Of a stretch of DNA of 64,000 bases, positions 50,816-56,486 are shown piece by piece; position 1 is the stretch's first letter; the number at the start of each line of letters is the position of its first letter. Where the stretch lies: the IMG/VR virus record IMGVR_UViG_3300029651_000001, positions 1-64,000 of that record; one strand, given 5' to 3'. The translations under genes were made by a program, and so were the position numbers. A model generated the notes under the pieces. It was not told the origin of the DNA and made no database searches. It saw nothing but the letters and a program-made list of their open reading frames with translations. This DNA is from a virus.

Positions 50816-50836
50816 CAGCGCCGTCCTTGGCGCTGT
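50815..50836. promoter_or_regulatory. ACAGCGCC hairpin with a GTCCTT loop (copy 6, variant)
   Basis: ACAGCGCC GTCCTT GGCGCTGT, just downstream of the stop of 50842..51546. Confidence 0.5.
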
Positions 50837-50841
50837 CCAGG

Positions 50842-51546
50842 TTATGCGCGGCGACGTCTCGGCTGAGTTGCCTTTTCCAGTTCAGCCACTAGAGTGGCGT
50901 TCATTGCCTTCAGGTTTTCGATTTCCTGATAAGCTGCAATCAGCTCTTCAACCATTTTGGCTTTGTCGCTATCGAGTGCCGCAACCTGATCACGAAGTTG
51001 CCTGTTTTCCTTAAGCACTTCCTGTATTTTGGCATTGGCGCTGTCGAGCCGTTCCTTCGCTGACTTTTCCCGCTCTTCCGGGTTAGGTTGACTTGCCCCA
51101 ATGGCGGCCGCTTCTGCTGTCTGTGCAGGTGTTTCGTTCGCTTCAGGTGCAGGCAACCGCTTTGCACGTCCAGCGACAACACCCGCTTTACCTTCGCCAC
51201 TGATACCGAAGGTTTTACCTTCGGGCAGTGACAAGGTGAACTGTCCACGTTTCCACCATTGCAAGACGCGTTCACGGACACGCCTAAGCGCTTCGGGTGA
51301 GTTGCGCTCACTGTCTACGATCGCCTGCAGCACAGTGATCTTTTCTTCGTCCGTGCTGCGGGCACGGACAGCTGCAAGCGCTTTGCCTTCGTAGCTAGCT
51401 GCTTTCTGGTACGCAGCAACAGCGAAGTCTTTCGCCTCATCGACTGTCAATGCTTGCAAGTCGTCAAAGCTGGCTTTTTCCAAGTCAACGGCCAGAATGA
51501 GTTCGCCAGAAACAGCGCCAGTGTTTAAGTCTTTGTTTTCGCTCAT
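50842..51546 (-). CDS. Coiled-coil hypothetical protein (234 aa), first leftward gene
   Basis: ATG 51546 with a GGAGATAAAACG RBS. The C-terminal third is a heptad-like K/E/L-rich region ending RRRRA. Confidence 0.6.
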   Translation of the reverse strand: MSENKDLNTGAVSGELILAVDLEKASFDDLQALTVDEAKDFAVAAYQKAASYEGKALAAVRARSTDEEKITVLQAIVDSERNSPEALRRVRERVLQWWKRGQFTLSLPEGKTFGISGEGKAGVVAGRAKRLPAPEANETPAQTAEAAAIGASQPNPEEREKSAKERLDSANAKIQEVLKENRQLRDQVAALDSDKAKMVEELIAAYQEIENLKAMNATLVAELEKATQPRRRRA

Positions 51547-51565
51547 CGTTTTATCTCCGAAAGTG

Positions 51566-51622
51566 TTAAGTACATGTCCCTAAGCGGGACTCGTTAAGTA
51601 CACGTCCTTAAGGACGCTGTCC
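51566..51622 (-). promoter_or_regulatory. Operator/promoter cluster at the divergent switch
   Basis: + strand has TTAAGTACATGTCCCTAAG (51566-51584), TTAAGTACACGTCCTTAA (51594-51611), and an overlapping AAGGACGCTGTCC (51610-51622). Confidence 0.6.
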
Positions 51623-51628
51623 TCAGTA

Positions 51629-51675
51629 GGCGCACCCTTCCCGTGCCGGTCAGAACCAGCTCGACGGGGTGCGCC
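51629..51675. repeat. 9-bp inverted repeat GGCGCACCC / GGGTGCGCC in the divergent intergenic region
   Basis: Arms at 51629-51637 and 51667-51675, with a 29-nt spacer. Confidence 0.6.
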
Positions 51676-51738
51676 GTACTATTAAAGAGCAACCCGGCCG
51701 GGGTGCTATCTCAGCAAGCCCGCAGGGTGACAATAGTA

Positions 51739-51767
51739 TTGACCCTGGCCATGACTTTTACTAGGGT
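51739..51767 (+). promoter_or_regulatory. Candidate rightward sigma70-type promoter
   Basis: TTGACC (51739-51744), a 17-nt spacer, then TAGGGT (51762-51767), about 70 nt upstream of the first rightward ATG. Confidence 0.35.
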
Positions 51768-51839
51768 GAGAATGGGCCTATATATAGCCCCACCCCACAA
51801 ATTTTTGCCAATCCGAAACCTATCCATTACAATTACTAC

Positions 51840-52214
51840 ATGGTCAAAGACACCATCACCAAACAAACCTCCACCGGCCTCGTCTACCAAGCCCGTCTCC
51901 GGGATCGGAAGACCCGCCGGATCACTTATCTTGGGGTGTGCCACACCCGCGAGGAGCTCGATGCTCTCTACTCCTCCGCCTTATCGGCCCACAAAACAGG
52001 GCAACCTTTGCCGACCAAAACCAACAAGGTCAAAGTCGGTGACGCTGTCCTGACTCGAACCCAGTGGTACCAGGTCCTCAAGGTCTGCCAGCAAGCCGTT
52101 TACCAGGCTGCCGCTCGCCGCAACCTCTCCGTCGAAGAGGAAATATCCCGCCGGGCGAGCCTCCTAGATCCACCCCTTCTTGCCGAAAGAGTGAAAATCG
52201 TCTCGAATCCCTGA
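51840..52214 (+). CDS. AP2-like DNA-binding protein (124 aa), first rightward gene
   Basis: TGLVYQARLRDRKTRRITYLGVCHTREELDALYSSA fits the AP2/integrase-type three-strand-plus-helix pattern (Y.A.....K...LG.F.T.EEA..AY). No obvious SD. Confidence 0.5.
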   Translation: MVKDTITKQTSTGLVYQARLRDRKTRRITYLGVCHTREELDALYSSALSAHKTGQPLPTKTNKVKVGDAVLTRTQWYQVLKVCQQAVYQAAARRNLSVEEEISRRASLLDPPLLAERVKIVSNP

Positions 52215-52327
52215 GTCACCTCACAAATATCCCCACTCCTTGTGAGAACTCCCTCTATCTTCTAAATCTCCACTTCCACTAACCTATTGCCGTCCCTTCC
52301 TTCCTGGGGACGATGGGTGCTTCCCCT

Positions 52328-52357
52328 GGCCCGCCGAACCTCGGCGGGCCTCTTTTT
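52328..52357 (+). terminator. Strong rho-independent terminator
   Basis: GGCCCGCCGA ACC TCGGCGGGCC followed by TCTTTTT. It lies inside the N-terminal part of ORF-track entry 52313..52909, which I therefore shortened. Confidence 0.85.
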
Positions 52358-52429
52358 AAGTATCCGACGACACGCAGCACCGTGTTTCAGGGAAACCAGG
52401 ACGTAGCCCATGGACGGGCAGGCTCACGG

Positions 52430-52909
52430 ATGAGCCGACACCACCTTTGGAGGCCGCTTCTGTTAAACAACCCCAATGGCGTCAACCTTGACGAGCTGAT
52501 CGATTTCCTGATCACCAGGAAACAATTCCTGCGGCCGGAACAACTTCAGCGTCTTCAGATTGCGTTTCCCGCGCCTAACGACCCTACACCCCCTCCCGTC
52601 ACTCGCTTTGGCTCTGAGTTCGATCTCCTCGAGGAGATCCAGACCCAGATTAACGCTGTGCAGATTCTGCGCGACCGGGTGATTCAGGACGGTGAACTGG
52701 CGGAAGGAGTTTCGGTGCGAGATGCCAAGGAGGCGTTGTCTGCGGCAACCTCGCTGATCACCACGTTGAACAAGGTCTACCAGGAGATCGTCAACGCCAA
52801 CCGGCTGCGGCAGGTTGAGCTGGCTACGGTGGAAGTCATCAAGGAGTTCCCGGAGGTGCACGCACATTTCTTTCCCTTGTTGAAAGCCAGACTGGAAAGC
52901 CTTGAGTAA
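52430..52909 (+). CDS. Hypothetical protein (159 aa); small terminase is only a positional guess
   Basis: First ATG after the terminator. Helical protein at the head of the late block. No recognisable motif. Confidence 0.5.
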   Translation: MSRHHLWRPLLLNNPNGVNLDELIDFLITRKQFLRPEQLQRLQIAFPAPNDPTPPPVTRFGSEFDLLEEIQTQINAVQILRDRVIQDGELAEGVSVRDAKEALSAATSLITTLNKVYQEIVNANRLRQVELATVEVIKEFPEVHAHFFPLLKARLESLE

Positions 52910-52914
52910 CACCT

Positions 52915-53151
52915 ATGAATTTCAACCCAATCCACCTTTACTTCGAGAAACCGGACAACTGGCAGCTTGGTTCCCGGACCGGCTGGATTCACTGGCGGGC
53001 CTGCTTGGATGCCGAACAAGCTGTCAAGGTCGCCCGTGATGTCGTCAAGAGAGACGTATTGAAAGGCACGACCAGGTACAAGCTGGTGGACAAGCGCTCC
53101 GGCGAAGAGATTGTGCGGAGTGTAGACACGCTGAAGGACATCGCGGTATGA
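52915..53151 (+). CDS. Hypothetical protein (78 aa)
   Basis: ATG 52915. The next gene overlaps by ATGA. Confidence 0.55.
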   Translation: MNFNPIHLYFEKPDNWQLGSRTGWIHWRACLDAEQAVKVARDVVKRDVLKGTTRYKLVDKRSGEEIVRSVDTLKDIAV

Positions 53152-53375
53152 ACACATTGACGTCTGTCGGGATGCTTGAAAGACCCGCTTCCCAGTTCGT
53201 TCTCACCGGTTTCTCCAGACCCATCATGGCCGGCAAGCAGCTGGCGTACCACCAAGGTCAGGCTTATGCCCTGCCGAACGACGAGTACTGGATGTTCAAA
53301 AACCTGTTCCCGGACGTCGTTTTCAACCTGACCCACAACAAACTGTCGGCAGCAATAGCCAGGGAGATGCGATGA
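53148..53375 (+). CDS. Hypothetical protein (75 aa)
   Basis: ATGA coupling at both ends. Confidence 0.55.
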   Translation: MNTLTSVGMLERPASQFVLTGFSRPIMAGKQLAYHQGQAYALPNDEYWMFKNLFPDVVFNLTHNKLSAAIAREMR

Positions 53376-53917
53376 GCGCCTTCGATCTATTGTCCCCGGA
53401 GATTTTGAGCTCGATCGACAGGTTCGCCGGCCCCGATCTGCCGCTCGACATGGTACGAGCCATGACTGTAGTCGAGTCCGGCGGCAACCCCTTCGCCTGG
53501 AGAACCGAGCCGAAGTATCGTTACTTGTGGAATAACGCTGCAAATACGCCGTTCAGGCCGCTAACGACGGCGGAGATCCTTTCCGAGATCGCACCTACCG
53601 ACTTTTCCGTGCCGAAAGAGCTCAATTCTTCCCGGAATACCGAGTGGTGGGGGCAACAAGCATCGTGGGGGCCTCTTCAAATCATGGGCGCCGTCGCCCG
53701 TGAGTACGGTTTCAGGGGGCATTTCCCCCAACTTTGCACGGCCGAGGGCGTGAAATACGCCTGTCTGCACCTGAAGCGGCTGAGAAAGCGATTTTTGGCA
53801 GTTTTTGGGTGGGATGGGGTGATTTCCGCCTACAACCAGGGTTACCCGACGATGGTTGGAGCCAAGTTTAAGAACCAGAAGTACGTCGACAAGGTGTTAA
53901 AGCTGTGGCGTGGATGA
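53372..53917 (+). CDS. Lytic transglycosylase (SLT domain), endolysin-like
   Basis: Catalytic-region VVESGGNP, GPLQIMG and AYNQGY are typical of goose-type/SLT family members. Confidence 0.8.
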   Translation: MSAFDLLSPEILSSIDRFAGPDLPLDMVRAMTVVESGGNPFAWRTEPKYRYLWNNAANTPFRPLTTAEILSEIAPTDFSVPKELNSSRNTEWWGQQASWGPLQIMGAVAREYGFRGHFPQLCTAEGVKYACLHLKRLRKRFLAVFGWDGVISAYNQGYPTMVGAKFKNQKYVDKVLKLWRG

Positions 53918-54081
53918 AATCTCGACTGAAAGTTAGCAGGGAAACCCAATTTTGGTGCTGGTTCGCCCTTTCTTGCCTGCTCGGGCTGCTCTCCAAGTCG
54001 GTCGGCGGACCCTTGAACGACTCCTTGGCCTGGAGTTTCTCTTTTTCTGCGGCAGTTATCGCGTTTTGGAGGTGCCGGTGA
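53914..54081 (+). CDS. Small membrane protein (55 aa, below the track cutoff), holin or spanin candidate
   Basis: Hand translation gives MKSRLKVSRETQFWCWFALSCLLGLLSKSVGGPLNDSLAWSFSFSAAVIAFWRCR. ATGA coupling to the SLT gene and TGATG coupling downstream. Confidence 0.5.
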   Translation: MKSRLKVSRETQFWCWFALSCLLGLLSKSVGGPLNDSLAWSFSFSAAVIAFWRCR

Positions 54082-54347
54082 TGTCAAAGGCGTGGTGGGA
54101 AGACTTTAGGGAATGGCTGAAGTGGTGTGTCGCCGGCGAGGAGCTGCGGAAGTTGGAACAGTACCGGACAACTGTCTGCACGTACCGGATGTGGTTGGCT
54201 GAGTTCAAGGACATTTCTACGGTTTTGGACAATTTGAATGCTGAGGTCGAAGGTGGTGGATACCTAAACGCAAGCTCACCGCCTGGAGAGCAAGGTCCGT
54301 GGGAAATAGCTAGCCTCAGGGAAGTTGTGAGGTCAATCAGATGTTGA
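54081..54347 (+). CDS. Hypothetical protein (88 aa)
   Basis: ATG 54081 (MSKAWWEDF) with a GGAGGTG RBS. The track start at 53952 was dropped. Confidence 0.55.
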   Translation: MSKAWWEDFREWLKWCVAGEELRKLEQYRTTVCTYRMWLAEFKDISTVLDNLNAEVEGGGYLNASSPPGEQGPWEIASLREVVRSIRC

Positions 54348-54514
54348 AGTGGCTCAGGGAGGCTTTTTGTTGGCACGAGCTGCGCTTTGTAAACCGACTG
54401 CGGCTGGTCAGGAAAAACAATTGGCTGGAGAGCGTCCCGGTTACCGAGCTGTGCTGTTGGAAGTGCGGCGCGGATGAGCAGAGGCTGCTCTCGTTATGGG
54501 GATTTTGGGCCTGA
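54341..54514 (+). CDS. Small Cys-containing protein (57 aa, below the track cutoff)
   Basis: Hand translation gives MLKWLREAFCWHELRFVNRLRLVRKNNWLESVPVTELCCWKCGADEQRLLSLWGFWA. Coupled at both ends. Confidence 0.4.
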   Translation: MLKWLREAFCWHELRFVNRLRLVRKNNWLESVPVTELCCWKCGADEQRLLSLWGFWA

Positions 54515-56301
54515 TGCACCCTCTTGTCGTTGAGTACTTTGATCGTATCCACGACGCTGTCCTTGAAACGTCTAGCCTGAGTCGCGTTTCGGACTGGATG
54601 ACGAAGCGGACCTTCCTGAACGGGAAACCTTTTAGCTTCAAGGATCACGAGTACCAGATCGAGATCGTCAATACCCAGCACCCGAACTCTTGTTGTATCA
54701 AGCCGTCCCAGGTAGGTATGTCGGAGGCGGAATACCGGATGACTCTTGGGTTGCTGGACATGACGCCCGATAGCGTTGCCCTGCTCCTCATGCCTACCGT
54801 CCACGAGGCTCAGCGTCAGGTCAAGAGCCGTATTGATCCGATCATCCAGGGCTCGAAACACTTGAATTCCAGATTGAATCCTGGAAGTGACTCGGCCAGC
54901 TTCAAAATGATCGGAACTAGTCAGCTCCATGTTGGAGGGACTTACGGCAAGGCGATCATTTCTATCCCTTGCTCTATGGTAATCGTCGATGAACGGGATT
55001 TCTGCAACCCAGAAGCGTTGATCACCGCGGAGTCCCGCTTGTCGCATGCGCCGCATGTCGACGAAAAGACCGGTCTCCGTGGATTTCGGCGGGAATTTTC
55101 GACGCCGACGGCGTCAGGCATAGGGGTATCGGAATCGTTCGAGCAGTCGGATCAGAAGCGCCGGCTAGTCAAATGCAAGCGCTGTGGTCATTGGTTTTGG
55201 CCTAATCTGTTGGTCCACGGGGTGATCCCAGGGTTCGACCGGAGTCTGGAGGACATCACCTACCTGGATGTCCGGGCGTTGGAAGCCAAAGGGCAGATCG
55301 CTAATGCCAAAATCCTTTGCGAAAAGTGCCACAACCCGATTACCAAAGAGAATTTGGGGCCGGAGTACCGGGAGTGGGTGGCGGCCCACCCAGAACGGTA
55401 TCTGGTGGAGGGGTTCGCGGTAAGTCCGTTTGATTTGCCGGAGTACCACACGGCCCCGACCTTGTTGCGGAAGTTGATCAAGTTCAAGAACGAGTTCGGC
55501 CACTGGAAGAACTTCACGCTGGGGCTGTCCCACGACGACGCCAGTAACTCTATCCTCGACGAGGTCGTCGAGGAAAACACTGTAATCAAGCCGATCCCTC
55601 CGGACGTGGCGGAGGCGATGAAGCTGCACGGCTGCATTGCCGGGCTCGACGTTGGTAAAACGTCGTGGCTGACGATCGGCAAGGTGGTCGGCCGGAAGGT
55701 CCACATCCTGTGGGTCGAACAGATCCGGCTTCGAGGCGAGAACGGCGACGGCCTGAAGGAGCATGTCATCAAGCGGCTCAAGCAGTATGGCGTCATCCGC
55801 TTCGTATCTGACGCCCTACCTTACACCGACACGATTCTTAGTATTCGAGACGCGATGCCGGACCAGTTGGTGTACCCCTGCATGTACACCTTGACCGACA
55901 AGAAACTGCCGGCATACGTCCCCAAGGAAACGGAGGGAGAGCGTCAGGTGGACGCCAACCGAACCAAGACGTTGAACCGGGTGGCCAAGCGGGTGAATGG
56001 TGGTGAGGTCCTGTTTCCGATGATGGACGAGATGGAAACCGTTCGGGACCATTTTCAAGGGATGAAGCGGGTGGATCAGACCGACGACCACGGCGAGGTC
56101 GAGCAAAACTGGGTCAAAGGCAGCCGGGACGACCACTACTTTCACGCAGCCAATTACTTGCTGATCGCGGCGGACATGATGGAGGAGTACTACGGGGACT
56201 GGGCGCCGGTGCCTTCGATCACGCAGATCGAGGTCGGTAAAAAAGCAATAGTTGACAAACCGCCCTTGTTCTTGAGGCCGGCCTCCACTAAGATACTGTA
56301 A
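54514..56301 (+). CDS. terL: Terminase large subunit
   Basis: Size and position immediately upstream of the portal. The N-terminal ATPase-like region has KPSQVGMSE and acidic motifs (VIVDERD). ATG 54514 is coupled (TGATG) to the upstream ORF. Confidence 0.7.
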   Translation: MHPLVVEYFDRIHDAVLETSSLSRVSDWMTKRTFLNGKPFSFKDHEYQIEIVNTQHPNSCCIKPSQVGMSEAEYRMTLGLLDMTPDSVALLLMPTVHEAQRQVKSRIDPIIQGSKHLNSRLNPGSDSASFKMIGTSQLHVGGTYGKAIISIPCSMVIVDERDFCNPEALITAESRLSHAPHVDEKTGLRGFRREFSTPTASGIGVSESFEQSDQKRRLVKCKRCGHWFWPNLLVHGVIPGFDRSLEDITYLDVRALEAKGQIANAKILCEKCHNPITKENLGPEYREWVAAHPERYLVEGFAVSPFDLPEYHTAPTLLRKLIKFKNEFGHWKNFTLGLSHDDASNSILDEVVEENTVIKPIPPDVAEAMKLHGCIAGLDVGKTSWLTIGKVVGRKVHILWVEQIRLRGENGDGLKEHVIKRLKQYGVIRFVSDALPYTDTILSIRDAMPDQLVYPCMYTLTDKKLPAYVPKETEGERQVDANRTKTLNRVAKRVNGGEVLFPMMDEMETVRDHFQGMKRVDQTDDHGEVEQNWVKGSRDDHYFHAANYLLIAADMMEEYYGDWAPVPSITQIEVGKKAIVDKPPLFLRPASTKIL

Positions 56302-56320
56302 TGTTGCTGGTACGCACGGA

Positions 56321-56340
56321 CGAGGGTCAGCACACCCTCG
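56321..56340 (+). terminator. Intergenic stem-loop, conserved CAGCACA-loop class (plus-strand copy)
   Basis: CGAGGG TCAGCACA CCCTCG on the + strand. Here the loop reads CAGCACA on the strand that is transcribed, as it does for the minus-strand copies. Confidence 0.6.
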
Positions 56341-56401
56341 CCCGCACTTCCGGTATTTCTGACAACGGGGGACCGACTGAACCCCGCCCTTTGGAGACCT
56401 T

Positions 56402-56464
56402 ATGATCATCCAGTCAGGCTTTCAGGGTATGAGACATCTCACAAAAAGTCAACCTTTGACGTGA
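56402..56464 (+). CDS. Micro-ORF (20 aa) behind the only plus-strand leader motif
   Basis: CCCTTTGGAGACCTT ATG. Hand translation gives MIIQSGFQGMRHLTKSQPLT. Ends 22 nt before the portal start. Confidence 0.3.
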   Translation: MIIQSGFQGMRHLTKSQPLT

Positions 56465-56486
56465 GCTACCTCACAAGGATTCGTGA

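Noticed and set aside
49098-51622. Repeated palindromes that could superficially suggest a CRISPR array.
   Set aside because: The repeats are heterogeneous (at least three families), irregularly spaced and separated by real short genes with RBSs. No cas genes are present.
45882-51840. Idea that the tRNA-like acceptor end marks a prophage attachment site or host junction.
   Set aside because: Both flanks carry the same phage-specific leader motif and operator sites. No integrase or host gene is present. The acceptor strand pairs with the downstream GGGCCAG as a permuted tmRNA.
52313-52429. N-terminal 39 codons of ORF-track entry 52313..52909.
   Set aside because: This segment contains a 10-bp GC stem plus T-run intrinsic terminator (52328-52357) and encodes Gly/Pro-rich low-complexity sequence. 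The start was moved to ATG 52430.
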